Source: Prochlorococcus sp. AG-347-I04 (GTDB taxonomy: Bacteria; Cyanobacteriota; Cyanobacteriia; PCC-6307; Cyanobiaceae). From it: DNA of 64,000 bases. The notes beneath the pieces were generated by a model. That model made no database searches and had not been told where the DNA came from. It was given only the letters and a program-made list of their open reading frames with translations. Shown in pieces: positions 43,336 through 53,368 of the stretch. The stretch is from the NCBI GenBank assembly GCA_003281625.1, contig QCBL01000002.1:64545-128544 (forward strand). The letters run 5' to 3'. How positions within the stretch are numbered: the stretch's first letter is position 1; every line of letters starts with the position of its first letter. Made by a program: the position numbers and the translations under genes.

Positions 43336-44992
43336 CAAATCTTTTTTGAATTTTTTGATCTAACTGTTGTCTAGTATGGCATTCCCAATTTTTATCTTTA
43401 TCAGGGAAATCATCTCTATAATGACCTCCTCTACTTTCCTCTCTAAATAGACAAGCTTTTAATAAAGTTATGGTAGTTATTTGTCTATTCTTTAAATCAA
43501 GTAAAAGATTTAATGCTCTTCTATTGCGTTCATTTAGTTTTATTTTTTGATCAAAATTTATTTTTTCAAGACTATTTAGTAAATCATTTTTATTTAATTT
43601 ATCTATATCATTTTGAATGTAATTTAAAAATTTACTCATATTTAACTTATTTCGGGATACACCTAAATTTAACCAACATAGTTTTCTTAGTTCATCAATT
43701 TTTTCAGCAATTACAGAAATTTGATCTTCTTTAGGATCTTCAATATCAAACTCTTGAAATGATCGATCAAATTTTTCAAATTTAGAAAGGTCATTCAAAA
43801 CAATCGAAGACATTTTTCTTGCGAAAACAAGACACTCCATTAGTGAATTACTTGCCAATCTATTAGCACCATGCACACCGGTAGAAGCAACTTCTCCAAC
43901 GGCATATAATCCTTTTCTTGTTGAACATGCATTTAGATCAGTTTTAACACCTCCCATCCAATAATGAGCTGCAGGAGCTACGGGAATAACCTCATTTAAG
44001 GGGTTTACGCCATAGTCTTGACATCGACTTAAGATCGTTGGGAAGCGCTCTACAATTTTTTCTGGGTCAATATAACGAAGATCTAAGCCAACATGGTCTA
44101 CTTTATTATCATGCATATTTTTCATAATTGCTCTACTTACCTGATCTCTAGTAGCTAGATCACGATTTTCAAGATTTTTAACTGGACTTTCACCATTTTT
44201 ATCAACTAAAATTGCCCCCTCCCCTCTAAGTGCTTCAGATATTAAGAAGCAAGGAGCACCATAAAATTTTAAAGCTGTTGGATGAAATTGCACGAACTCT
44301 AAATCCTCGATAGCAGCTCCTGCTTTCCATGCAAGAGCAATCCCTTCACCAGAGGATTGAGCAGGATTTGTTGTATTTGTAAATAAGTGCCCACCCCCAC
44401 CTGTAGCCAAAACAACAGCTCTAGATTTAATCCAATATAAATTTGCTCCATCAAGAACCTGAACTCCTCTACATTCCTTATTTTCAATGAGAAGTTCAGT
44501 TACTCTTACACCCCTGCAGTGAAGAATATTTTTTTGATTCTCAATATGATCTTCTAGAACTTCAACTAATGCTCGTCCAGTACGATCCTTAACATGTAAG
44601 ACTCTTCTTCGTGAATGGGCTGCTTCCAAAGTAGTAGCTAGTTGATCAGAACTTTGATCAAAAATCATCCCTAAATTCTGTAACCTTTCTACACAACCTG
44701 GAGCTTCTTTAACTAGCATTTCTACAGCTTGAAAATCACATAGTCCATCACCTGCTTTTAAAGTATCCTCAGCGTGAAGATCAAATGAATCATCTTGTCT
44801 AACAACAGATGCAATTCCGCCTTGAGCCCATCTGCTGGAAGATACCTTACTAGTATTTCTATTTAAAAGAAGCACTTTTAAATTTGAGGGTAATTCAAGA
44901 CAAGTCATAAGGCCAGCAGCTCCAGCTCCTATAACGATTACATCCCAATTATCTATTGGTATCGGTTCTTGCGAAAATGGAGGCCTTAACAT
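43325..44992 (-). CDS. nadB: L-aspartate oxidase
   Basis: GAGAAG, SRWAQGG, EAAHSRRR, VQFHPT, LISEALRGEGA, VHGANRLASNSL, ESRGGH. Confidence 0.96.
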   Translation of the reverse strand: MLRPPFSQEPIPIDNWDVIVIGAGAAGLMTCLELPSNLKVLLLNRNTSKVSSSRWAQGGIASVVRQDDSFDLHAEDTLKAGDGLCDFQAVEMLVKEAPGCVERLQNLGMIFDQSSDQLATTLEAAHSRRRVLHVKDRTGRALVEVLEDHIENQKNILHCRGVRVTELLIENKECRGVQVLDGANLYWIKSRAVVLATGGGGHLFTNTTNPAQSSGEGIALAWKAGAAIEDLEFVQFHPTALKFYGAPCFLISEALRGEGAILVDKNGESPVKNLENRDLATRDQVSRAIMKNMHDNKVDHVGLDLRYIDPEKIVERFPTILSRCQDYGVNPLNEVIPVAPAAHYWMGGVKTDLNACSTRKGLYAVGEVASTGVHGANRLASNSLMECLVFARKMSSIVLNDLSKFEKFDRSFQEFDIEDPKEDQISVIAEKIDELRKLCWLNLGVSRNKLNMSKFLNYIQNDIDKLNKNDLLNSLEKINFDQKIKLNERNRRALNLLLDLKNRQITTITLLKACLFREESRGGHYRDDFPDKDKNWECHTRQQLDQKIQKRFVKN

Positions 44993-45759
44993 TAAACCAA
45001 GCCACTAAAAGTTGGTTGCAGAATTGCTAAAACAATAAAAATACCATCAACAATTAATGTCGTTTGAATTACGTAACCAGAAACTAAGAGTGCTTTACCA
45101 CCAGTAGTATTAATTGTGCCAGAATCTAAAATTTCTTTTGAAATAAACCAAAGTATAAGAGCAACAAAAACGATAATAGATAATGATTTTATTTGAATAA
45201 GACTTTCTGAAGCTTTTTGAAGTATTATTGGTGCATTTTCAGAATCTGCTGTAATTACCTGCCTCCATTGATCCATGATTCCGATTAAAAATATTGTAAT
45301 GTCGGTTACTGCGGTTCCAAATAAAGAAGAGATATAAAAACTTGAACCTATTTTCCAATTAGTACCAAATCCAATTAAAGCTATTGGGAGAACTACAGCT
45401 TCAACAGGTATGTGTAAGATAGGATATGGGCTTAACCATCCCCAGAACAAACATCCACCAAGCCAACTACCTGATATACCAAGTAATAATGAACTGACAA
45501 TAAACCACTTATTTGATCCTTTCTGATTCAAAACAATTGCCACTAAGACAATAACAAAAGTAAAACAAAGAGCAGTTATTGGTTCTAATCTAACCCAAGG
45601 GGCTTGAACAAAAATAGGTAAAATTACAAAAAAAGAAGACCACAATCTTAAAGATATAGGATTTGATAAAAAACTATTTTCGTATGAATCAACTGTCTTA
45701 TGGGATTCATAGTTGAATTTATCTTTTACTTCTAAATTTTTTGTAATTAATTCTTTCAA
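44992..45759 (-). CDS. DUF3120-family membrane protein
   Basis: LPIFVQAPWVR, WLGGCLFWGWL, HIPVEA, GTAVTD. Confidence 0.85.
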   Translation of the reverse strand: MKELITKNLEVKDKFNYESHKTVDSYENSFLSNPISLRLWSSFFVILPIFVQAPWVRLEPITALCFTFVIVLVAIVLNQKGSNKWFIVSSLLLGISGSWLGGCLFWGWLSPYPILHIPVEAVVLPIALIGFGTNWKIGSSFYISSLFGTAVTDITIFLIGIMDQWRQVITADSENAPIILQKASESLIQIKSLSIIVFVALILWFISKEILDSGTINTTGGKALLVSGYVIQTTLIVDGIFIVLAILQPTFSGLV

Positions 45760-45936
45760 TGAAAAAGTTTATTTTAATTAATCTAAATCGTGTTTTAGAA
45801 AACTGCGAATGTCATATTTTAATAAATTAAAGGGCCATAATTTCACACTATATTTAGTTTTTTAAAAGTATTTAATACACTTTGAGTCATATATAAGTTT
45901 AGAATATATTTAAATAAGAGTATTTGGCCTTAAATT

Positions 45937-47316
45937 GTGTGGCAAGAAATTAATTACACAGAAGATCCCATCGATCTTTTGGTTCCTAATATTACTTATA
46001 AAATAAACCCTGCAGAAATTGAAAGTATCGAGGCTAATTCTATTGCTGAAGAAATAGGATTTGAATCAGGTGATTCTATTATTAGTATTAATGGTAAAAA
46101 ACCAAGAGATTTAATTGATTATCAGATTCTGATTAGTGAAGAAATTTTAGACATATCAGTTTTAGATAAAAATCATGAGATTCACAATATAAATATTGAA
46201 AAAGATCAAGACGTTAATTTAGGTATAAATTTTAAAGATGCATTATTTGATTCAATCAAGCAATGCAATAATAGATGTCCATTTTGTTTTATTGATCAAC
46301 AGCCAAGTGGTAAAAGAAAAAGCCTTTACATAAAAGATGATGATTATAGATTAAGTTTCCTATATGGCTCTTATTTAACTCTTACGAATTTAAAAAATGA
46401 AGACTGGGAAAGAATTGCTATGCAAAAACTATCCCCACTTTTCATTTCAGTTCATGCAACTGATCCCGCCACAAGAGAAAAATTATTAAAAAATAAAAAA
46501 GCAGGAGTGATACTTGATCAAATTTCGTGGTTTGAAAAAAACTCTATTCAAATACATGCTCAAATTGTTGTTTGTCCAGATATAAATGATGGAGATATTC
46601 TTGAGAAATCAATTTTGGAACTTGCTGAATTCTACAAAAAAGCCACTCAAACAGTACTTTCAGTAGCAATAGTTCCTGTAGGACTTACAAAATTTAGACC
46701 TGAAAATGATGGATTGAAATCAATTAGCCCAGAATACGCAAAAAAAACTATTAAACAAGTAGAGAGAATTCAAGCCTCTCTACAAATTACTCTTGGAACT
46801 CGTTTTTGTTGGCTAGCGGACGAATGGTATTTAATTGCTGGTACAAATTTACCTAATTACAAAACCTACGAAAATATGCCACAGGAATCTAATGGAGTTG
46901 GGACTATTAGAAACTTTCTAGAGGCATTAAGAGAGAAGACTCAAAACCTACCCCAAAAAGTAAAAAAGCCCAAAAAAGTTAGTTGGATTGTTGGTAAATT
47001 AGTTTATGAAGCCCTAATTCCTACAGTTAAGAAATTAAATTTAATTAATGGATTAACAATTAACTTATATGGTCTGCCAAGTATTTATTGGGGGCAAGAT
47101 CAAGTTGTTACTGGTCTGCTTACAGGAGAAGATCTAATTTACGGGCTGAAAAATAAGGATTTAGGAGAAGCTGTTTACATACCATCTATTATGTTAAAAA
47201 TTAATACTGATTTATTTTTAGATGATAAAAATATTCAAGACGTTGAGAATCAAATAAATACTAAAATTCACGTTCTTGATGATTCAAATGATATTATTAA
47301 TACTTTGATTGGTTAA
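45937..47316 (+). CDS. PDZ + radical SAM protein (TIGR03279-like)
   Basis: CNNRCPFCFIDQ, KDDDYRLSFLYGSY, ADEWY, NGVG. Confidence 0.9.
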   Translation: MWQEINYTEDPIDLLVPNITYKINPAEIESIEANSIAEEIGFESGDSIISINGKKPRDLIDYQILISEEILDISVLDKNHEIHNINIEKDQDVNLGINFKDALFDSIKQCNNRCPFCFIDQQPSGKRKSLYIKDDDYRLSFLYGSYLTLTNLKNEDWERIAMQKLSPLFISVHATDPATREKLLKNKKAGVILDQISWFEKNSIQIHAQIVVCPDINDGDILEKSILELAEFYKKATQTVLSVAIVPVGLTKFRPENDGLKSISPEYAKKTIKQVERIQASLQITLGTRFCWLADEWYLIAGTNLPNYKTYENMPQESNGVGTIRNFLEALREKTQNLPQKVKKPKKVSWIVGKLVYEALIPTVKKLNLINGLTINLYGLPSIYWGQDQVVTGLLTGEDLIYGLKNKDLGEAVYIPSIMLKINTDLFLDDKNIQDVENQINTKIHVLDDSNDIINTLIG

Positions 47317-47341
47317 TCAAATATTTTCGAAACTATAAAAA

Positions 47342-48769
47342 ATGCTTAGAAGAGTAATAAATCCTTTCTTATTATTGCCGCTTACTCTAAGTATGAACAC
47401 CTTTAATGTTCTATCGAGCGAAACAAAAAATTACATTGATAATGTTTTAGAAGAAAAATCAAATATTACTTTTGTTGATTATCAAGAAATAGAAAAACTT
47501 GTTTTAAATAATCAAGAATTAAAATCATTACAAAACCTAGTAACCTCTGCAAGCTTTAATCTGTCCAGTCAAATTGCCAAAAGATACCCTTCCTTAGATT
47601 TTCAAGCCAATGGGTTACCAAAATATGTCGCAGGCAAAAAGTACAATAGCAATTCACCTACTCTAAAAACATCACAACTTACGGCTAATCCCTCCCTGAA
47701 TATTAAATGGGATTTGATTGCTCCGCTAAGAGGATATGACATTAAAATTGCCAAAACAAATTACAAAATTGCAGAAAATAATTATGAGATTAAGAAAAAA
47801 GATTTAATTCAAGAAGCAAGAATCAGATATCACAAATACAAAAAGTCATATCAAGATATTCAAAATAAAAAATTCACACTTGATTTATCAATTACAAGTT
47901 TAGAAAATGCTAAAGCGAAGCTAGATGCTGGAATTGGTACAAAATTTGAAGTTCTTGAAGCAGAAGCTCAATTATCTCGAGATCAACAATCACTTAATGA
48001 AAAGAAAATTGAACATGAAATTAATAAAATTTCTCTCCAAGAGATTCTTAATGTTAAGGGAGATTTCGAAACAAATAAACAGCAAAATCTTGTAGGGTTT
48101 TGGAATCATAAATTGAATAAGAATATTAATGAAGGTTTGGATAAAAATCTTTCCTTAAAAAACCTTATTCTTCAAAAATCAATCAAAAAGAGCCAAGCAG
48201 AGAGCTTTTTAGCTCAAAATAAGCCAAATATCTATATCAGTAATTCATTATCTAGTACATTTTCAAAGGGTGACTCTCTAGTAACTAATATCGACTCTGA
48301 AAAATCTGGATCTAATTATACAAATACCATAAGTCTTAATTTTTCATGGAATATTTATAATGGCGGACAAAATAAGAACTCCTACAAATCAAAAATAGCA
48401 GATGCAGAATCCGAAAAATATGCTTATGAAAATCTAAAAAATGTTTTAACCACAAATATTAGTAAAGCCTATTTAAATCTCAAATTAAATGAAGAAAAAA
48501 TAATATCTTCTCTTAAAGAAATTGAATCTAGCAAAGAGTCTGTAAGGCTTTCCAGACTTAGATATGATGTAGGAATATCAACTCTAAAAGATGTTCTTGT
48601 TAGGCAAAGTGAATTAAGTAATGCGAAATCAAAAAATATTAATGCAATATATAACTACAATCTGAATGTAGATGAATTAGAAAGATTAACTTTCATTGAT
48701 AAAAGTAAAAATTGTTTGGATAGTAATAATACTAAAATTAAGGATATAGATTCTATTTGCAATATATAA
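47342..48769 (+). CDS. TolC-family outer membrane efflux protein
   Basis: Signal peptide; repeated GIGTKFEVLEAE / GISTLKDVLVRQ TolC helices. Confidence 0.88.
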   Translation: MLRRVINPFLLLPLTLSMNTFNVLSSETKNYIDNVLEEKSNITFVDYQEIEKLVLNNQELKSLQNLVTSASFNLSSQIAKRYPSLDFQANGLPKYVAGKKYNSNSPTLKTSQLTANPSLNIKWDLIAPLRGYDIKIAKTNYKIAENNYEIKKKDLIQEARIRYHKYKKSYQDIQNKKFTLDLSITSLENAKAKLDAGIGTKFEVLEAEAQLSRDQQSLNEKKIEHEINKISLQEILNVKGDFETNKQQNLVGFWNHKLNKNINEGLDKNLSLKNLILQKSIKKSQAESFLAQNKPNIYISNSLSSTFSKGDSLVTNIDSEKSGSNYTNTISLNFSWNIYNGGQNKNSYKSKIADAESEKYAYENLKNVLTTNISKAYLNLKLNEEKIISSLKEIESSKESVRLSRLRYDVGISTLKDVLVRQSELSNAKSKNINAIYNYNLNVDELERLTFIDKSKNCLDSNNTKIKDIDSICNI

Positions 48770-48771
48770 AG

Positions 48772-49572
48772 ATGAATCCACCAAATTTAACTAATAAGCA
48801 ACTACGTGAATTAGATTCTTTATTTGAATTGGTGAGTCAGCGTCAAACAAAAGATTTTGGAAATATTAGCGCCAGCAATAAAGCAGATGGATCATTATTA
48901 ACAAGTTGTGATTTATGGAGTGACAAAACAATCGTAGATGGCTTAGCTTCAATAGCTCCAGGTGAAGGCGTCCTTAGTGAGGAAGGGCGAAAGTTAATTC
49001 CAAATTCAAAAGCCTACTGGGTGGTGGATCCACTCGATGGGACAACAAATTTTGCTGCCGGTATTCCTTACTGGTCTATATCTGTAGCAAGATTCGTTGA
49101 TGGTAAACCACAAACTTCTTTTTTAATAATTCCTACATTGAAAAAAAAGTTTGTATCCATTAAAGGTAAAGGGGTTTGGTTAAATAACAAGAGGATTGAT
49201 CCTAACCAAAATAATCGTCAAAGTGAATGCATTTCTCTATGTAGTAGATCAATAAAAATTTTACAAAAAAAACCAAATTCAGTATTTCCTGGCAAAATCA
49301 GACTCCTAGGTGTATCAAGTTTAAATCTTACGAGTGTAGCGATGGGACAAACCTTTGGAGCAATAGAATCAACCCCTAAGATATGGGATATTGCAGCAGC
49401 CTGGCTGCTATTAGAAGAACTCAATTGTTCTATAGAGTGGTTGGGGAAAGATCCTTTAAATTTATATTCAGGAGAAGACTTGAGCGAAGTTAATTTTCCA
49501 TTAATTGCTTGTAGATCAATAGAAAAAGTTGAAATCTTAAAGCCATGGGGAAATTTATTATTAGAAAAATAG
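48772..49572 (+). CDS. Inositol monophosphatase family protein
   Basis: SEE, VDPLDGTTNF, WDIAAA; start placed at ATG 48772. Confidence 0.92.
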   Translation: MNPPNLTNKQLRELDSLFELVSQRQTKDFGNISASNKADGSLLTSCDLWSDKTIVDGLASIAPGEGVLSEEGRKLIPNSKAYWVVDPLDGTTNFAAGIPYWSISVARFVDGKPQTSFLIIPTLKKKFVSIKGKGVWLNNKRIDPNQNNRQSECISLCSRSIKILQKKPNSVFPGKIRLLGVSSLNLTSVAMGQTFGAIESTPKIWDIAAAWLLLEELNCSIEWLGKDPLNLYSGEDLSEVNFPLIACRSIEKVEILKPWGNLLLEK

Positions 49573-49648
49573 TTGTATCACAAACAAATCATTGCTTGAA
49601 AAATTTCTTAATCAGATACAATAAAAAACAAGTAAATAAATAAAATAT

Positions 49649-50578
49649 TTGAAGAAAATTAATATGCATCGAAGTTCAACATGGATACTGAAAAGTTTAT
49701 GGGGAGCTTGTGAGCGATGGAGCAAATCTGATTGTGTTGATTTAAGCGCTGCATTTGCTTACTACACACTTCAATCATTTTTTCCTATTCTTTTGATTTC
49801 TCTTTCAATAGCTTCATGGTTTCTGGGAAAACAAGAAGGATTAGATCAACAAATAATTTCTATTGCAGCTCAGCTTCTACCTCCTTCAGTAGTTGAGTTA
49901 GTAGAAACAACGTTATTTAATTTGATAGATCAAGGTTTTGGAGCAGGTATTCTTGGTGCTATGTTTTTGCTTTTTACAGCAGGAAATGCATATCTATCGC
50001 TTCAAAGAGGTTCAGATAGACTTTGGGAAGACCAAATTCCTTCTAAAAAAGTTAATGCTGCTTGGAGAGTGCAAGCTTCGAAGTTTCTCCGAAATAGAGT
50101 TGAAGCCTTTTTAATAGTATTCTTTATTGGTTTTTTAATGGTACTAGATCAGATTAGTGCCAATCTTAGAATGATCCCAAGTAACGTTTTAGAAAATCTT
50201 TCAAAATCTAATAATGTTATTTCTGATTTATTATTAAAGCTGCCGCTATTACAAGTTGGTCAGTTTGCAATACCACTTATTGGCTTTTCTTTGATGGCTC
50301 TCTTATTGCAAGCACTTTTACCCAGTAGAAAAGTTCCATTAAAACCACTTTTACCAGGATCTTTTCTTATTGGAATTGGCCTAACCACTTTGAACCTCGC
50401 AGTAAGTAAAAGTATTCTCTCACTTGGAGTAAGATTTCAAGCATATGGTTTTATTGGAGGTTTTCTTGTACTTACTTTGTGGGTATGGCTTTTAGGAGTT
50501 ATTTTATATTTTGGACAGTGTTGGAGCGTCGTTATTGCTAGTATGACCTTAGTAAAGAAAAAAAGAAATTATAGATAA
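49649..50578 (+). CDS. YihY/BrkB family membrane protein
   Basis: LSAAFAYYTLQSFFP, YGFIGGFLVLTLWVWL...YFG. Confidence 0.9.
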   Translation: MKKINMHRSSTWILKSLWGACERWSKSDCVDLSAAFAYYTLQSFFPILLISLSIASWFLGKQEGLDQQIISIAAQLLPPSVVELVETTLFNLIDQGFGAGILGAMFLLFTAGNAYLSLQRGSDRLWEDQIPSKKVNAAWRVQASKFLRNRVEAFLIVFFIGFLMVLDQISANLRMIPSNVLENLSKSNNVISDLLLKLPLLQVGQFAIPLIGFSLMALLLQALLPSRKVPLKPLLPGSFLIGIGLTTLNLAVSKSILSLGVRFQAYGFIGGFLVLTLWVWLLGVILYFGQCWSVVIASMTLVKKKRNYR

Positions 50579-50589
50579 GAATAACCGAA

Positions 50590-50931
50590 ATGAATTATTT
50601 TCTGAAAGCTAATAAAAATCTTCTTACCTATTCATTAATCATACTTATTGTTATTCCTATTTTTGGATTTAATTTTTTCATTAGCATTGTTGGAAATATC
50701 CTTCTTCTTTTATTTTTAATTCCTCTTTTATTATTAGTTTTAGTGTTTATAGGTTTTAACTCATACAAATCTAAAATTAGTACATGTGGTAATTGTGGAG
50801 CAATATCATTAGGTTTAAGTGAAACCTGTATGAATTGTGGTGCAGATTTAGAAAATTTAAGTAAAAATAATCAACTAGATAAAAAACCTAGTGAAAGTAC
50901 TATTGAGGTCAAAGCTGAAGAAGTAAAATAA
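50590..50931 (+). CDS. Membrane protein with C-terminal zinc ribbon
   Basis: Long hydrophobic N-terminus, then CGNC-x10-CMNC. Confidence 0.8.
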   Translation: MNYFLKANKNLLTYSLIILIVIPIFGFNFFISIVGNILLLLFLIPLLLLVLVFIGFNSYKSKISTCGNCGAISLGLSETCMNCGADLENLSKNNQLDKKPSESTIEVKAEEVK

Positions 50932-50935
50932 AATA

Positions 50936-51082
50936 TTAACCGATTCCAATTTGTCTAAGAATACTTTGTCCAGTAATTAATTCTGTACCTAGACCAATCA
51001 AGATACCCATCATTGCCATACGGCCATTCCAAGTTTCTGCAAAATTTACAAAGCCGAATCTTGGTTGGTTGTCATTATTCAT
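50936..51082 (-). CDS. hli: High-light-inducible protein (Hlip)
   Basis: Not in ORF track. MNNDNQPRFGFVNFAETWNGRMAMMGILIGLGTELITGQSILRQIGIG, 48 aa, with the ExxNGRxAM chlorophyll-binding motif. Confidence 0.95.
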   Translation of the reverse strand: MNNDNQPRFGFVNFAETWNGRMAMMGILIGLGTELITGQSILRQIGIG

Positions 51083-51151
51083 AATTAACTAAATTATTTA
51101 TTAAGGTATTTTAACGTTTTAAGTGAGAATTTATGATAAATAATAAATTAT

Positions 51152-51535
51152 TTATTTAACATGTCTTACACCGTCAACTGGTCGATACTCATCTCCAGTC
51201 AATTCTTCATACACGATACCTGGTAATCCTGTATCAAACATAGTTTGCAATGCCTCTTTTAACATAGGATTCCAACCTCCAGTGCTAACTTTTCCATGTC
51301 TTACAGTCCAGTCCCAAGTCCCTTGAAGATCTCTGGGTAATCTACCTTCTCTATCTCTTCGAGCGACTAAATCTAAAGATTCAACTAATCCAACAATCAC
51401 TGGATTTTTACCATAAGAAGGAGTAAGACTTAGTTCAAGTCTTATTGGATCTTCTTTAACCATTTTTAAACGAAACCTTGGTGGTAGCTTGAGGGATCTT
51501 ATAACAGATGAAACAATTTTTGTTCTTAATTCCAA
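51152..51535 (-). CDS. Conserved picocyanobacterial hypothetical protein
   Basis: Well-formed 127-aa ORF (TTG start) with GTWDWTVRHG and GGWNP stretches. Confidence 0.8.
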   Translation of the reverse strand: MELRTKIVSSVIRSLKLPPRFRLKMVKEDPIRLELSLTPSYGKNPVIVGLVESLDLVARRDREGRLPRDLQGTWDWTVRHGKVSTGGWNPMLKEALQTMFDTGLPGIVYEELTGDEYRPVDGVRHVK

Positions 51536-51559
51536 TTTTTTTCCGTAAATGTAATTTGA

Positions 51560-51826
51560 TTAATCAGTTGTTGAACCTTTTTCTTCTAATGTAGAGTCAT
51601 TGTCATTTGAAAATCTTACTGTTAATAACTCCTCCTCTGTTATGTTTCCTGATTTATCTAAAAGTTCTGGATGTATTGTGTACTTTTTTTGTTTAAAACT
51701 AGAAGTACTAAAACTTTTATTTTTATTATCTGAAAGACCCCAACCATTGGACATTACTTTGAATGCTTTCCAAACTAAATAGGTTAAGGCCGCCGAATAT
51801 ATGATTGGAAATAGAATAGTCATCAA
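51560..51826 (-). CDS. DUF2973-like membrane protein
   Basis: N-terminal TM helix, HPELLD..G...EELL.VRF. Confidence 0.8.
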   Translation of the reverse strand: MMTILFPIIYSAALTYLVWKAFKVMSNGWGLSDNKNKSFSTSSFKQKKYTIHPELLDKSGNITEEELLTVRFSNDNDSTLEEKGSTTD

Positions 51827-51966
51827 ACTTATAAATTAATTAGTTTTATTTTTAATATCATAGCCCGAAAAAAAGAAATTTAGCTATTTTAAATTAATTA
51901 ATTTTTCTCTAAAGTATAATATTTTTTTTATAATTTATATTAATAAATACAAATAATATGTATTAA

Positions 51967-53118
51967 ATGTATTCGAAGAAAATAAAAAAACTTAAATTGA
52001 AGATATATAGACAAAAGCTAATTCTATTCTACTCATTTATTGCAATTGGTATCTTAAGTCCCGCAAATTTAATTTCCCAACCATTAACTAAATCAAGTTT
52101 TAGTGAAGTTAATTTATATTCAAAAAAATCTTTTATAACTCAAGCTGTAGAGAGAACCGGTGCAGCTGTGGTGACAATTGATACTCAAAAATATGTTAAA
52201 AAAAGAAAATTTCCAAGAAATTCTCAACTTTTTCTTGACCCATATTTTGAAAGATTTTTTGGATTAGATTTACCTAATGACAATCGACCAAGGGTAGAGC
52301 AAAACCAAGGAAGCGGATTTATTTTTGCAGATGGACTTGTAATGACCAATGCACATGTTGTTAATGGATCAGATAAGGTAACTGTTGGTTTAACCAATGG
52401 CAAAAAATTAAACGCAAAACTTATAGGGCAAGACTTCTTTACTGATTTAGCTGTGCTAAAGATCGAAGGGAAAGGACCTTGGCCAAAAGCAAAATTGGGA
52501 GATTCGGCAAAGATTAAAGTTGGTGATTGGGCAATAGCTGTTGGAAATCCATTCGGTCTTGAAAATACAGTCACCCTCGGTATTATTAGTAATCTAAATA
52601 GAAACGTCACTCAATTAGGAATATATGATAAAAAGCTTGAATTGATACAAACAGACGCTGCTATAAATCCTGGTAATTCTGGAGGTCCACTATTGAATAG
52701 AGATGGAGAAGTAATTGGTATAAATACCTTGATAAGATCAGGTCCAGGAGCGGGTTTGAGTTTCGCAATCCCAATTAATAAAGCTAAGGAAATTGCCTAC
52801 CAACTTATAAGAAATGGTAAAGTAACTCATCCTATGATTGGAATTAGCCTAAAAGAAGAAAATAATTATGAGAGAAAATATAATATCGTAAAAGTTGGAT
52901 CTGTAATACCTAATAGTCCAGCTGAAAAAAGTGGAATCAAGATAGATGATATTTTAATAAAAGTAGGAAATAAAGATATTGAATCCGCATCAGACGTTAT
53001 AGACCAAATTAGTAAAAATGGTATTAAGAAACAAGTCAATATATTATTGAAGCGTGAAAATAAATTTATTAATTTAAAAGTAACACCCACTGATATAACT
53101 AATCTACAAAATAACTAA
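51967..53118 (+). CDS. HtrA/DegP-family serine protease with PDZ domain
   Basis: TNAHVV, DLAV, QTDAAINPGNSGGPL, C-terminal PDZ. Confidence 0.95.
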   Translation: MYSKKIKKLKLKIYRQKLILFYSFIAIGILSPANLISQPLTKSSFSEVNLYSKKSFITQAVERTGAAVVTIDTQKYVKKRKFPRNSQLFLDPYFERFFGLDLPNDNRPRVEQNQGSGFIFADGLVMTNAHVVNGSDKVTVGLTNGKKLNAKLIGQDFFTDLAVLKIEGKGPWPKAKLGDSAKIKVGDWAIAVGNPFGLENTVTLGIISNLNRNVTQLGIYDKKLELIQTDAAINPGNSGGPLLNRDGEVIGINTLIRSGPGAGLSFAIPINKAKEIAYQLIRNGKVTHPMIGISLKEENNYERKYNIVKVGSVIPNSPAEKSGIKIDDILIKVGNKDIESASDVIDQISKNGIKKQVNILLKRENKFINLKVTPTDITNLQNN

Positions 53119-53123
53119 AAGTT

Positions 53124-53267
53124 CTAACTGTCATTCTGTTTAAGTATTTCTACACACCTAGAAATACATCTACCATCCCTTAAATCACAGGTAGTAATGC
53201 ATTCAAAATAACTTTCAATAGGGTCAGAAATTTGAACCTGTTTTTCTTGCAAATGGTAATTTTTCAT
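53124..53267 (-). CDS. Small twin-CX3C protein (47 aa)
   Basis: Not in ORF track. MKNYHLQEKQVQISDPIESYFECITTCDLRDGRCISRCVEILKQNDS fills the gap between htrA and the ABC-F gene; stop lies 5 nt from the htrA stop. Confidence 0.7.
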   Translation of the reverse strand: MKNYHLQEKQVQISDPIESYFECITTCDLRDGRCISRCVEILKQNDS

Positions 53268-53368
53268 TCAAATTATTAAAACTTATTTTTGTATTTTTAA
53301 TGCTATTAAAGGAGGGTCAACTATGTAAAGATAAATGAGTGATCTTACTTAGCCAAATGTAAACTTTA

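Noticed and set aside
51083-51151. RpaB HLR1 site upstream of hli
   Set aside because: Best match GTTAAAAT-AC-CTTAATAA has four mismatches to the consensus; not distinguishable from background.
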